Origin: Eledone cirrhosa
Lineage: Eukaryota
Length of the DNA: 64,000 nt
Assembly: GCA_964016885.1 (NCBI GenBank)
Contig: OZ024765.1
Coordinates: forward strand, 11,470,001-11,534,000
Reading direction: 5' to 3'
The first letter of the stretch is position 1. The number at the start of each line of letters is the position of its first letter. A program made the position numbers and the translations under genes. The notes beneath the pieces are model-generated. The model saw only the letters and a program-made list of their open reading frames with translations, made no database searches and was not told the origin of the DNA. Shown here piece after piece: positions 36,198 to 51,711 of the stretch.

Positions 36198-36850
36198 TCA
36201 TCAGGTTTAGCGTCCGTGTTCCACGCTTGCATGGGTTTGGACGGGGGTTTTCCCACTTGAGGCAAGAGTGGTTGTCTTGCTCGCATAGGACTGTCTGGCG
36301 GGTTTTCTACAGCTGGATGCCCTTCCTAACACCAACCACATTTACAGTGTGGGGCTGGGAGGTTTTTACCGTGTTGCCTACACGGCCACATTACAGCGTG
36401 GACTGTCTGGCGGGTTTTCTACAGCTGGATGCCCTTCCTAACACCAACCACATTTACAGTGTGGGGCTGGGAGGTTTTTACCGTGTTGCCTACACGGCCA
36501 CATTTACAGCGTGGACTGTCTGGCGGGTTTTCTACAGCTGGATGCCCTTCCTAACACCAACCACATTTACAGTGTGGGGCTGGGAGGTTTTTACCGTGTT
36601 GCCTACACGGCCACATTACAGCGTGGACTGTCTGGCGGGTTTTCTACAGTTGGATGCCCTTCCTAACACCAACCACATTTACAGTGTGGGGCTGGGAGGT
36701 TTTTACCGTGTTGCCTACACAGCCACATTTACAGCGTGGACTGTGTGTTTTTTTGTCGTGACACCTACACGATCTCATTTGTTTCGGCCTGGATGTTGTG
36801 GGACCAACATAACTTTACATTGAAAGGGGCGGTGTGGATGGGGTGGAGGT
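36198..36850 (-). mobile_element. Inverted copy of the composite SINE-body element, 4 x 113-bp repeats
   Basis: Reverse complement of 18188-18727; identical ORF start MHGFGRGFSHLRQEW. Confidence 0.85.
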
Positions 36851-37099
36851 GGTGGGACGGGTGTGAGTATATATACACATATATATATATATATATATAT
36901 ACATACATATATATATATATATACATATATATACATATACGTATATATACATATATATATACATATATATACATATACGTATATATACATATATATATAC
37001 ATATATATATGTAGTAATGTTGGATACATACTGTAGATTGTCTATAAATAGACAGTGAAATCAATAAAGACAGAAGTGATTTGATAAATATGGTGAAAT

Positions 37100-38068
37100 A
37101 TGGTGTTGGTGTTGTAGCTGTGGTGGTGGTAGTGTGGTGGTGGTAGCTTGTGGTGGTAGCTGCGGTAGTGGTAGCTGTGGTAGTGGTGATGGTGGTGGTA
37201 GTGGTGTTGGTGTTGGTTGTGGTGGTGGTTGTGGTGTTGGTGTTGGTTGTGGTGGTGGTTGTGGTGTGGTGGTGGTTGTGGTGTTGGTGTTTGTTGTGGT
37301 GGTGGTTGTGGTGTTGGTGTTGGTTGTGGTGGTGGTTGTGGTGTTGGTGTTTGTTGTGGTGGTGGTTGTGGTGTTGGTGTTGGTTGTGGTGGTGGTTGTG
37401 GTGTGGTGGTGTTGTTTGTTGTGGTGGTGTTTGTTGTGGTGGTGGTTGTGGTGTTGGTGTTGGTTGTGGTGGTGGTTGTGGTGTGGTGGTGGTTGTGGTG
37501 TTGGTGTTTGTTGTGGTGGTGGTTGTGGTGTTGGTGTTTGTTGTGGTGGTGGTTGTGGTGTTGGTGTTTGTTGTGGTGGTGGTTGTGGTGGTGGTTGTGG
37601 TGTTGGTGTTGGTTGTGGTGGTGGTTGTGGTGTTGGTGTTTGTTGTGGTGGTGGTTGTGGTGTTGGTGTTTGTTGTGGTGGTGGTTGTGGTGTTGGTGTT
37701 TGTTGTGGTGGTGGTGTTTGTTGTGGTGGTGGTTGTGGTGTTGGTGTTTGTTGTTGTGGTGTTGGTGTTGGTTGTGGTGGTGGTTGTGGTGTGGTGGTGG
37801 TTGTGGTGTTGGTGTTTGTTGTGGTGGTGGTTGTGGTATTGGTGTTGGTTGTGGTGGTGGTTGTGGTGTTGGTGTTGGTTGTGGTGTTGGTGTTTGTTGT
37901 GGTGGTGGTTGTGTTGGTGGTGCTATTTGTGGTGATGATGGTTGTAGTGGTTGTGATATTGGTGGTAACAATGGTGGCGGTTGTGGTGGTTGTGGTGGTG
38001 ACGGTGGTGGTGGTGATGATGATGATGTTGGCAATGATGATGGCAATGATGATGCTAACAATGCTGCT
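37100..38068. repeat. (GGT/TGT)-rich array with about 33-bp higher-order unit
   Basis: Source of the PQPPPQQT and HHNHH ORFs. Confidence 0.95.
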
Positions 38069-38347
38069 GACTGTGCAGCCACCACCAGGTGTCACCTCAA
38101 GTAGCTACAGTGAACAGCTTTCTCTCAATTCTGCTCCTGAAACAAGCTTTTTGGGGTTTTTTTTACAGAGAATTTTTTTGTGGTCTTTTGAGAATTTTTT
38201 AAAAACAATATTTTCCAATACATCACACACACACGGGTGTGTGTGATGTATATATATATATATGTGTGTGTGTGTGTATATATGTATGTATATATATATG
38301 TATAGATGTATATATATATGTATATAGATGTATATATATATATAAAT

Positions 38348-38378
<31 letters not shown>

Positions 38379-38385
38379 AATATAT

Positions 38386-38416
<31 letters not shown>

Positions 38417-38469
38417 AATATATATATATAAATATAAATATATATATAAATATAAATATAAATATATAT

Positions 38470-38665
<196 letters not shown>

Positions 38666-38739
38666 AGATGTATATATATATGTATAGATGTGTGTGTGTG
38701 TATATATATATATGTATTTATATATATATATATATATAG

Positions 38740-39135
38740 AACATGTAACCCAATACAACCTGTCGCATGGTCGGGTCGTTGGCGACTAAACTGGCAACCT
38801 CACCAAGTTTCCTTGTGGAGGAGGGTGATTTTGGACACCCTGCAGGACGAATAAACAAAACCTGACAAAGGGCAGAAGAACTCATAATAGTCAACGGTCA
38901 TCCAAAAATGTGTATATACACGCGGATATAGAAATAGTCGGGCTGGACACCCGATCACGCGGTTAAACTACTGAGAATGAAGGACCCCTAGCCTTTGTCA
39001 GGGGATTCTTCTAGGAGAAGGTAACTCAGGAAACTGGGATAACTCCGATATAAAACCTGCGGCTCAGTAGTTACTGATGATGTTGACCTTTTTTTCTTTT
39101 CTGGGTTATAGCTACTGTCTCTCAGGGAGTGGGAT
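38740..39135 (+). mobile_element. RTE-derived non-autonomous element, 5' part
   Basis: Homologous to 598-915 and 4467-4628. Confidence 0.7.
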
Positions 39136-39399
39136 TATATATATATATGACAATATATCATTATATTATATAATATATAATTTGCATTTATATATGTAGG
39201 TGTGTGTATATATATATATCATCATCATCATCATTGTTTAACGTCCATTTTCCACGCTAGCATGTATACATATATATATATTTGCAAGCAGATGCACGCA
39301 CAAACATATACCATATACTAAATATATATATGCATATATATATATTCATATGTGTATATATATATATATACACACACACACACATATATATATATATGC

Positions 39400-39432
<33 letters not shown>

Positions 39433-39560
39433 CATATATATACATATATATATATATACACACATGCATATACTTATATATACATATACACATTTACATA
39501 TACATATATATATATATATACACACATTTATATACACATACACATATACATATATACACA

Positions 39561-39598
<38 letters not shown>

Positions 39599-39657
39599 TA
39601 CATTCATATACATACACACATACATACATATATATATATACATATATACACATGTAC

Positions 39658-39701
<44 letters not shown>

Positions 39702-39830
39702 TCATATACATACACACATACATGCACACACACACACATACATACATACATACATACATATATACATACATACATACATACACACATACATGCACACACA
39801 CATACATACATACATACATACATACATACA

Positions 39831-39866
<36 letters not shown>

Positions 39867-40407
39867 TATATATACATGCTGCAGTTGGTGTAGCATATCC
39901 TTCATCTTATCTGCCATTTGCCAGAGATTAAGTTAGAATTAAAACAGATTAAACAAATAATAAATATTTCAAAATAACCACCACTAAACATTAAAAGGAT
40001 TATCTGTCATGGTTTGAAAAATTAATTGTCCTCTCCACTAAATCTGCTTCTCTCTCTTCTTTCTGCTGATAAAACTACCCCAAACTACTTCCTACCCTCT
40101 CTTAGTCCTCATCGAGTTTCTCCTTTATCATCTTCTTCTTCTTCTCCTTTATCTTTTACTTCTCCTTTTTCTCTTTCTTCTTCTTCAGTCTTCTTGTTCC
40201 TCATTCTTCTTCAATCTTCTTCCTTCTTCTTCTTCTTTATCATCTTCTTCTTCAGTCTTTTTCTTCTTCTTCTTCTTCAGTCTTCTTCTTCTTCTTCTTC
40301 TTCTTTTTCTTCTTCAGTTTTCTTCTTCTTCTCTCCCACGATAAAACTACCCCAAAACTCCTTCCTCCTCTTTCAGTTTCTTCTTCTTCTACCCGTCTCC
40401 CTTCTTT

Positions 40408-40735
40408 CTACTATGGTAGTCATATACTATGATAGTCATATAGTACAGTAGTCATATAATATGGTAGTCATATACTATGGTACTATTATACTATGGTAGT
40501 CATATAGTACAGTAGTCATGTACTATGGTAGTCATATACTATGGTAGTCATATACTATGGTAGTCATATACTATGGTAGTCATATACTACAGTAGCCATA
40601 TACTATGGTAGTCATATAGTATGGTAGTCATATAGTACAGTCGTCATATACTATGGTAGTCATATAGTACAGTAGTCATATAGTACAGTAGTAATATACT
40701 ATGGTAGTCATATAGTACAGTAGTCATATACTAGT
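40408..40735. repeat. 18-bp minisatellite (TACTATGGTAGTCATATA-like)
   Basis: About 18 degenerate units. Confidence 0.9.
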
Positions 40736-40801
40736 CTTCCTCTAAATCTTTTTCTCCCTCTTTATGAGAGGCCCTCTCTTCCTTTCTCACAAGTTCCTCC
40801 T

Positions 40802-41028
40802 TTAACCCTGTAGACGAGATAACTCATCCTAACATGTATGAACAATTTTCCAACAGTTCATAACTTCAAAGCTAGGTGGGGTTACCAGTTTATTGATGAG
40901 ATATTTGTCAATCATTCAGATATGTGTTGTCAAATGTTTGTTTAAAAATATAGTCATTTTACTGGTAAAAAAAAAAGTGGCACAGCAACTGTAGCTGTGT
41001 AAAATATACACGGCAGTCAACAGGTTAA
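40802..41028. mobile_element. piggyBac-like MITE
   Basis: TTAA-CCCTGTAGAC ... GTCAACAGG-TTAA. Confidence 0.8.
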
Positions 41029-41715
41029 GTAAATAGCAGCAGAATGGAGAATCAAACCAGGAGACTGATAAGCCACACCAAATTTTAAATGCCTATAACA
41101 CAACATTCTGTCAATTCTTTCCAGCAACCTCCCATCATTAGCCATACCATCTGTATCAGGTGTCTTCAACTTGCAGGTCATGTCATGAAAGGCAATGAAC
41201 CTGCTGCAAAACTTTTACTATAGGAACCCACTAAGGTGAAATGCAAACGTGGAAGAACTCTTAAGACATTCAAGAGAGCCATTGAGGAAGATACAGAATT
41301 ATCTGGTGAAGAACCGAGGTAGAAAATGCTGGATTGTGTGAGTGAGATAGTAAGGTTTTATATCATGTCACCACAAAGATATAGAACTACTTGGTGAAAA
41401 ACTGAGGTAGTAAATATTGGGTTGTGTGAGGTGGAAATGTTTAATCATGTCACGACAAAGATACAGAACTATCTGATGAGGAATTGAGGTAGTTAACAGT
41501 GGATTGTGTGAGGTGGAAAGGTTTTGTGTCACCACAAAGAAGTGGATGAATTTAGTAGTAGTAGTAGTATATATATATATATATATGTGAGTTTAACAGT
41601 AGCTATGATGCTTCCATAGACGGTATGCCAGTTGAGCACTCTATGTTCTTACAGAGCAGAGTGTGATATAATATAAAACGAAAAATCAGTGATGCATCTG
41701 GACTCAATTTATTGT

Positions 41716-41803
41716 GTGTTACAATTGTTTCACCAGCAGACAGCTCGAGACGCGATCATTGTGTGGATCTGTCTGATTCTGGAACTGCAGGTTCGTCGGA
41801 CAC
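41716..41803 (-). ncRNA. Hammerhead-like motif, family C (CCGACGA core)
   Basis: gtgt-CCGACGA-acc..cagacag..ctgtctg..ggt-GAA-ACAATTGT-A-acac; palindromic stem III, GUA triplet. Confidence 0.6.
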
Positions 41804-41855
41804 TTCCAATAACTTCGGAATAATGCCAAAGCGTCAATTTTACTAAGCTTCCACT

Positions 41856-41960
<105 letters not shown>

Positions 41961-42071
41961 GAGAGCCGTTATTTGATGCAAATAACACGTGATTTCGCCC
42001 TACTCTGGGCAGCGTGTATATTAGCTTTCTCTCTATCCATGAGGTTAGATGTGTCGTGAACAGTGTCCACA

Positions 42072-42148
42072 TTTACTGACTGAGGATCCTGTGACCTGTT
42101 ATACTTCACATATCAGTGGTGAAACGAAGCGAGATTCGTATCAGCAAA
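42072..42148 (+). ncRNA. Type I hammerhead ribozyme, family D (canonical core)
   Basis: tttactga-CTGAGGA-t.cc.tgtga..tcaca..gg.t-GAA-ACGAA(gcgaga)TTCGT-A-tcagcaaa; predicted cleavage 3' of A42140. Confidence 0.8.
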
Positions 42149-42384
42149 CTTATAGTTATAAGGTTGGTAATTTAAAACTCTAATTCAGAGATTTGATTCT
42201 GACTTAGTTTTTTTCTATTTAATTGCTAAACCTGTAGATATTGTTCTCTATACACTAACGGTAAAACTCACTTGTAATAATTCTTTACACACATCTCACT
42301 GTATAACACACTTCTCTTTGTGTAATATATTTGTATATATACATATATATATTTGGAGCCTACTTTCCAAGATAAAAATCTGAC

Positions 42385-42500
42385 ATGGACACCGTCCAAT
42401 GCAATTTATGCTCAGAAGAAACGATCCAGATGCTGTTTGCAAAGGACCAATTGTTAAACTAAAAGGATGAACTTGTTACCTCATGTAAACTCAGAATATA
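42385..42500 (+). pseudogene. Penelope-like GIY-YIG endonuclease C-terminal remnant
   Basis: QCNLCSEETIQMLFAKDQLLN*KDELVTSCK resembles the recalled PLE motif CxLCxxEKxxI..LLNKRxE..C; in-frame stop. Confidence 0.65.
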
Positions 42501-42682
42501 TAGGACATATCTTACCTTCAAACCCCTCATGACCCAGGTGGGTAGATCTCGGCTTTCTCTCCTTCCCAATTACAAACTAAGATAGAAGAAACCCCAAGCA
42601 TACTTAGGTAGAAATAGAATTTTTTCTTTGTCATTTACACATTCTAATTATACTTAAGCGGACCTTTGTAAATATATATATA

Positions 42683-42720
<38 letters not shown>

Positions 42721-42758
42721 CAAAGATCCACCTAAGTGTAATTAGAATGTGTATATAT

Positions 42759-42795
<37 letters not shown>

Positions 42796-42817
42796 CATAA
42801 ATATATATATAATATAC

Positions 42818-42893
<76 letters not shown>

Positions 42894-43386
42894 CACTCAT
42901 ATCATGTTAACCATTTTGTGACTATATTTTTATGTTCCTCGTGTTTCTATTGAAATATTCTGTCTATAGATTTCAATTAATTTGAAAAATAATCAATAAT
43001 TTTTGTTTGTTTGTGTGTTTGTGTGTATATGTGTCTGCAAGCACTCGCCTGCATGTGTTTCATGTGTGTATGGGAGTGTTGTGATAATAAATTAATAGAA
43101 TTTTATCATTATTATTAAAATGGTATTTGGTACAAGAATGAATATAAAAATAATATATTATTTACATTAAAATATATATATTAAAAAAAATATATATTAA
43201 AAAAAATATTTAATTTTATTTAATTTAAATATAAATATTTCAGAAACTGGCTGTTTTTGTATTGGAGAAGCAGAAATGGTCATAGTCTGGGTGGTATGAC
43301 AAATGTTGACCAGCAGAAACCTAATGACTCCATTCACACAACATTGAGATTCTTATTCGAGATTATATATTAAATATGAAGGTTTT

Positions 43387-43940
43387 CTATATCTATATCT
43401 ATATATAATACAAAAGAAAGATGTTGGTAGGTTGGTAGGTTGGTTGAATCACACAAAAACTATACACACATACACACACATCTAAAGAGGGAGAGACACA
43501 GAGGGAGAAGCAGAAAGAGAGAGATACAATTGAAGTGTTAGATATTGAGAGAAAGAGAGAGAGTAAAGTCCCGCAAAAGTCTACAAATGGCTTAAACTAT
43601 AGAACCATTGATCTATAGGAGAGGTTTAACAATATTGCGTTAGCTTTTATAAAGTTGTTTTACAGTCTTTCATTTTACAGAACAAAGAAAAATTGATACT
43701 ATTTGAAATTAATCTACCCTCCATCTTTTATCTATATACTACTTACAGTCTGTACTAACGAAGCTAAACACTTCAGAAGCAATGTTATGTGGTATATTGC
43801 TGTGTTTCAGATGACGTCCTTTGGAGCTGAAAAAGATCATATTGACTATGGTTATTTCACATTTAAAATCCAAGGCCAATGTTACCATTTAATTGGCAGT
43901 TTACTCCCCCAGCCTAATAAGGAAGTTTTATCATTGTTTT
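43387..43940 (+). mobile_element. Helitron remnant
   Basis: TCTATAT..-type start; HFRSN..FQMTSFGA..FTFKIQGQCYHLIGSLLP is characteristic of the Helitron RepHel N-terminal region. Confidence 0.8.
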
Positions 43941-44572
43941 TTTATGTCTCTCTCTCTCACAGACACATTACCATCTCACCCCAGAGAGAGAGAGAGAGAG
44001 AGGGGGAAAGAGGGGTAATTTGGTAGTTAAATATAAACAATATCTATATATAAAGACACGTCCTATGGATTGAGTACTCTCCCAAATTTGGATATTCTAC
44101 AGTATATATATTTATATATATATATATATATCATATATATATCATATATATATATATTTATATATATATATATATATCATCATTATATATATATCTATTT
44201 ATATATATATATATATCATCATCAACATCATCATCTTCGTTTAACATCCATTTTCCACGCTAGCATGGGTTAGACGGGAGTTGTCCCACTTGAGGCAAGG
44301 CTGGTCGGGTGACAGTGTCTCGCTCATATAGGACTACCTGGCACGTTTTCTACGGCTGGATGCCCTTCCTAACACCAACTATATTTACAGTGTGGAACTG
44401 GGAACTTTTTACCGTGTTACCTACACGGCACCTGAGCACTTTACACAATAATTTCATTATTATTATTACAGCGTGGACAGTGTGTGTTTTTTGTCGGGAC
44501 ACATATATAATTCATTTTGAATTTGCTTCATGAGATTTCTTATCTGAAAACATCTGTTGAAACAGATATTGT

Positions 44573-44916
44573 TATACTTTGGTAGGGCCATCTTGCCAAT
44601 AAAAACACATGCACCTGTTTGTTTTCACTTCAATTTATTATAAGTTGGTTGGTTGCGCAAACTAAACACTCAACACACAAAAAGAAGATAGTTAAGGACA
44701 GAATAAAAGAGAGACAGACAGAATAAAAGAGAGACACACAAAATAAAAACCTACTCACTGTAGAGGTCGCAGAATGTGTGATGAAAGAGCTTTAACAATA
44801 CATAAACAACCTTCCGGTTATTGAACCAACCAACCCACCGGAAACTTATAATTAATTGAAGTGAAAACCACCGGGTGCATGTATCTTAATTGGCAGCATG
44901 ACCCTCCCAAAGTATA
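44573..44916. mobile_element. MITE with about 80-bp imperfect TIRs
   Basis: TATACTTTGGTAGGGCCAT..TGCACC..TTTCACTTCAATT versus AATTGAAGTGAAAA..GGTGCA..ATGACCCTCCCAAAGTATA. Confidence 0.75.
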
Positions 44917-44917
44917 G

Positions 44918-44974
<57 letters not shown>

Positions 44975-45138
44975 TACACGTTATTCCGGGTTTACTCTAA
45001 ATATAAATTATAGCTTTAAAGAATTAGCTTTTAATGAATTCCCTTTTCTACCAACCAAATACCTCTACCCATCCCACTCCCTACCCTCTCCTACCACCCG
45101 AAGAGGCCTATAAATACCATATTTATTTTTTGATACCC

Positions 45139-45189
45139 AGATTCCTGATGATTTCTAAAGAATGAAATAGTTCTAGTCCTGTAGAATCT
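45139..45189 (+). ncRNA. Type I hammerhead ribozyme, family A
   Basis: agattc-CTGATGA-t.ttc(taaa)gaa.t-GAA-ATAG(ttctagtc)CTGT-A-gaatct; U.G wobble in stem III. Confidence 0.75.
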
Positions 45190-45248
45190 CATCTATATTA
45201 AAACTATATATATATATATACATACATATATATATATTTGCATATATG

Positions 45249-45298
<50 letters not shown>

Positions 45299-45371
45299 AA
45301 TATATATTTATTATATATTTGATATCCTTATCGAGCCCTCTTTGGATTTTAGTCTTCAAATTTATTATTAT

Positions 45372-45418
<47 letters not shown>

Positions 45419-45539
45419 TATATGTGTATATATATATTTGTATATATACATTTATATATCTATACATTTATGTTAGGTAATTCAGAAGGAAAAGCAAAAG
45501 AAAAAAGAGTGCTCTATGTATAGAACAGAGCTATTTCAT

Positions 45540-45724
45540 TAGAAAGTGGACAACACAGAATATAACTACTCCATTACCAAAGGTTTCTGGATCCCAGACA
45601 ATATTAACATACGTTTGGATCGGTCATCTCTGTCTGATGACCAATCCAGACATATATTAATATTGTCTGGGATCCAGAAACCTTTCGTAATGGAGTAGTT
45701 ATATTTTGTTTTGTTCACTTTCTA
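45540..45724. repeat. Hairpin element with about 88-bp arms and a hammerhead-like motif at 45628-45695
   Basis: 45540-45628 is inverted at 45636-45724. Confidence 0.75.
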
Positions 45725-45773
<49 letters not shown>

Positions 45774-45782
45774 CACACACGC

Positions 45783-45859
<77 letters not shown>

Positions 45860-46017
45860 ATAATAATAAATGTGAAGACTAAAATCCAAAGAGGGCTTGA
45901 TAAGGATAATATATATATAAAAATATATAAAAACTGTAGAAGATCCCGTTAAGGGTGAAAGCAGCAATTCTTTGCTTAAACTTTAATCTGTTATATTAAT
46001 AAATATATATATATATT

Positions 46018-46106
<89 letters not shown>

Positions 46107-46131
46107 ATATATTTAGATATATATTTGTGTG

Positions 46132-46162
<31 letters not shown>

Positions 46163-46281
46163 TTGCGTATATATATATATATATATGTATATATTTATTT
46201 GTATATATGTATATATTTATTTGTATATATTTATTTGAATATATTTATATATATATATGTATATATTTATTTGTATATATT

Positions 46282-46357
<76 letters not shown>

Positions 46358-46459
46358 AAGCTTGTTGAATCCCAACAAATTAAATATAACCTCTGCATAT
46401 ATATATACATATATATTTGTATATATATATATATATTCGTATATATATATATATATATT

Positions 46460-46497
<38 letters not shown>

Positions 46498-46499
<2 letters not shown>

Positions 46500-46737
46500 A
46501 ACCAGTAAGACCCCGACAGCTGAGCTCAAGCCGTTTCGACGGCTAATTCTGGACGGCTAATTAGCCGTTTCGACGGCTAATTCTGGACGGCTAATTCTTG
46601 GTCCAGAATTAGCCGTCGAAACGGCTTGAGCTCAGCTGTCGGGGTCTTACTGGTTCCTATTACCCACTCTACTACCTCAAGTATTGAGTACTTTGGTGCG
46701 TTATGGTCCACCTGGTTCCTTACCACATTTCCTTCGT

Positions 46738-46740
<3 letters not shown>
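46498..46740. mobile_element. GC-richer fold-back element in (TA)n with half-hammerhead motifs
   Basis: 46498-46555 is inverted at 46600-46658; diverged relative at about 35720-35885 (-). Confidence 0.65.
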
Positions 46741-46768
<28 letters not shown>

Positions 46769-46883
46769 GTATATATATACATATATATATATATTTGTAC
46801 CTATATATATATATATATATATTTGTGCATATATATATATATTTGTATACATATATATTTGTGCATATATATAGATATATATT

Positions 46884-46918
<35 letters not shown>

Positions 46919-47147
46919 TCACACACACACATCTATGTTCATTTTATATCTTGATATCTATGCATGTGATAAGGTTGGAGGAGAAGAACAGAGCAAGAGC
47001 TGCTATGATGCTCTCCCTTCCTTGGACTGGTACCTACACAACAAGAGTTATCTGTCTTTGAAACAAAGAATTCTTAGAAGTTCTTGTGAATCCAGATATT
47101 TGAGAGAGGGGACTGTGCTTGTGGGACACTATTACTTTTATGAAACA

Positions 47148-48690
<1,543 letters not shown>

Positions 48691-49199
48691 GTGGTTCAGG
48701 AGGTGTAGGAGCAGAAGAATTGATCAGTTATTGATTTTGTTGTGGTCAATCAGTGCTGTAGACAAAGAATGACAAAGAGCTAAAACTGTGGTACACCAAT
48801 ATCAAGGGTAGTTGCTGCGTTTAAGGTCAACTAGGGCAGCTTCCTAAGGCCCACATATCATCATCATCACCTTTTAACGTTCATTTTACTATGCTAGCAT
48901 GGGTTAGACGAGTTGTCCTGTTGTACGATAGGTGAGGCAGGTCCTATGAGAATGGGTTCAAGCTGCTACTTTGTTCTGGGGCCCAAAAGCTAAGAAGACC
49001 CCACGGCAAATACGCAACATCCATTTTGAGAAAAACCCTGCCTCAACGGTGTCTTATACTGCCTTGCAAAATTTCCCTTGTAGGACCTGAGGCCAGGTCA
49101 GGTGACCATGTCTTGCTCATACAGAACTGATTGTGGCTTCGTTTCTACAGCTGGGTGCTCTTCGAGAGGCACATGTTATGTTTTGAAATAACAAGGGGC

Positions 49200-49335
49200 A
49201 CAAGCTCTCCTACCCCGATGTCAGCCCCACAGATTCTGGTATTGAAATCCAGGACTTGGCAACAGCAACGAACGACAGACCCACGTGGAGATCAATTGTT
49301 GAGTCCATCTCGGCAGAGGCCACTGGATGATGATG
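49200..49335 (+). mobile_element. RTE-clade LINE 3' end
   Basis: HKLSYPDV..SGIEIQDLATATNDRPTWRSIVESISAEATG* aligns with the end of 31057-31357. Confidence 0.7.
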
Positions 49336-50610
49336 GTGATGGTGGTGGTGGTGGTGGTGATAGTGGTGAGGATGATAATGTGGTGGTGGTGGTGGTGGTG
49401 GTGAGGATGGTGATGATGATAATGTGGTGGTGGTGAGGATGGTGATGATGATAATGCGGTGGTGGTGGTGGTGGTGGTGGTGGTGGGGGTGGTGAGGATG
49501 GTGATGGTGATAATGTGGTGGTGGTGGTGAGGATGGTGATGGTGATAATGTGGGGGTGGTGGTGAGGATGGTGACGGTGATAATGTGGTGGTGGTGGTGG
49601 TGAGGATGGTGATGGTGATAATGTTGTGGTGGTGGTGGTGGTGGTGAGGATGGTGACGGTGATAATGTGGTGGTGGTGGGGAGGATGGTGATGGTGATAA
49701 TGTGGTGGTGGTGAGGATGGTGATGGTGATAATGTTGTGGTGGTGGTGAGGATGGTGATGGTGATAATGTGGGGGTGGGGGTGAGGATGGTGATGGTGAT
49801 AATGTGGTGGTGGTGGGGAGGATGGTGATGGTGGTGGTGAGGATGGTGATGGTGATAATGTTGTGGTGGTGGTGAGGATGGTGATGGTGATAATGTGGGG
49901 GTGGGGGTGAGGATGGTGATGGTGATAATGTGGTGGTGGTGGGGAGGATGGTGATGGTGATAATGTGGTGGTGGTGAGGATGGTGATGGTGATAATGTGG
50001 TGGTGGTGGTGAGGATGGTGATGGTGATAATGTGGGGGTGGGGGTGAGGATGGTGATGGTGATAATGTGGTGGTGGTGGTGGTGAGGATGGTGATGGTGA
50101 TAATGTGGTGGTGGTGGGGAGGATGGTGATGGTGATAATGTGGTGGTGGTGAGGATGGTGATGGTGATAATGTTGTGGTGGTGGTGAGGATGGTGATGGT
50201 GATAATGTGGGGGTGGGGGTGAGGATGGTGATGGTGATAATGTGGTGGTGGTGGTGGTGAGGATGGTGATGGTGATAATGTGGTGGTGGTGGGGAGGATG
50301 GTGATGGTGATAATGTGGTGGTGGTGAGGATGGTGATGGTGATAATGTTGTGGTGGTGGTGAGGATGGTGATGGTGATAATGTGGGGGTGTGGGTGATGA
50401 TGGTGATGGTGATAATGTGGGGGTGGGGGTGAGGATGGTGATGGTGATAATGTTGTGGTGGTGGTGAGGATGGTGATGATGATAATGTTGTGGTGGGGGT
50501 GAGGATGGTGATGATGATAATGTTGTGGTGGTGGTGAGGATGGTGATGGTGATAATGTGGTGGTGGTGGTGGTGGTGGTGGTGGTGGTGGTGATAGTGGT
50601 GATAATGATG
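49327..50610. repeat. About 33-36-bp minisatellite (GGT)n-GAGGATGGTGATGGTGATAATGT
   Basis: About 1.3 kb; source of the 466-aa H/P/T ORF. Confidence 0.95.
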
Positions 50611-50829
50611 TTTTTAAATATGAATGATTAGACCCCTTACCAAGTGGGGTGGAACTCATCAGATCGGAATAAGCCAAATCTACGAGTTGCACCTCTTGTC
50701 AGGAGGAGTAATGTGATGCTGGGAATCGAACTCACAATCTTACAAGTGTGAGCCTAACACTTTCACCATTGCTTACCAATTGTGGAACTCAACTTGCCAA
50801 ATTGGACCAAGAAATTAATGTTTCCATGA

Positions 50830-51082
50830 AGGCACATGGCTTAGTGGTTAGAGCATTGGGCTTGCAATCAAAAGGTTGTGAGTTCAATTCTCAGACCGGG
50901 TGATGTGTTGTTTCCTTGAGCAAGACACTTTATTTCACATTGCTCCAGTTTACTCAGCTGTAGAAATGAGATGATAGGGACTGGGATCCCTATCATTCCA
51001 CTGCAGAGTGGTCGTGGAGGTGCCACGGCAAAAAAGCACCCAGCACTCAGGACGTAAAATGAAATGATGATGATGATGATGA
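50830..51082 (+). mobile_element. Young tRNA-derived SINE with internal deletion
   Basis: Jumps from CAGCACTCA to GGACGTAAAATG. Confidence 0.88.
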
Positions 51083-51314
51083 TTGGCCTGTTCATTGCTG
51101 ATACTATCTACCAGTTGCAACTCCAGGCTGAAGGAGTAATGTGAAATAAAGTGTCTTGTTCAAGGACATAATACATCGCCTGCTCCAAAAATCAAATTCA
51201 CAACCTCACGATTGTGAATCAAACTCTCTTACCACTAAGTCGTCTACCCTCACAAGAGTCACATTACTGAACCTCAAAGGATCACAGTTTTATATCAATT
51301 GGTGAAAATATATA

Positions 51315-51482
51315 CCGTATTTCCTGGTCCTGAAGACGCTTTGTCCTCGAGGATGCCCCCTAATTTTGACAACCAAAAATTTGAAAAAAAAATAATAAAC
51401 AACCTTCGGCCTCCAGGACTCATGGTAGATTTTTGAGACTTATTTAGGAAAAAATTAGAGTCTTCAATGCCGGGAAATACGG
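51315..51482. mobile_element. Tc1/mariner-type MITE
   Basis: TA-CCGTATTTCCTGG ... CCGGGAAATACGG-TA. Confidence 0.85.
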
Positions 51483-51711
51483 TAAATGATAGGAAGGGTA
51501 GCCTGCGATAGAAAGCCTGTTGAACAAAAGGCCGTGTGGACTCTGCCATTGTATCAAAGACAGCTTCCCTAGTGTTGGTGATCTACACAATAAACATACC
51601 TTGTACACTCTGTAATGTGGTTGGTGTCAGGAAGGGCTTCCAGTCAAAGAAAGCTTGTGAAACAAAGGGTCATGAGAGCTCTTCCGTTGTGTCAAAGACA
51701 TGACAACCGCT

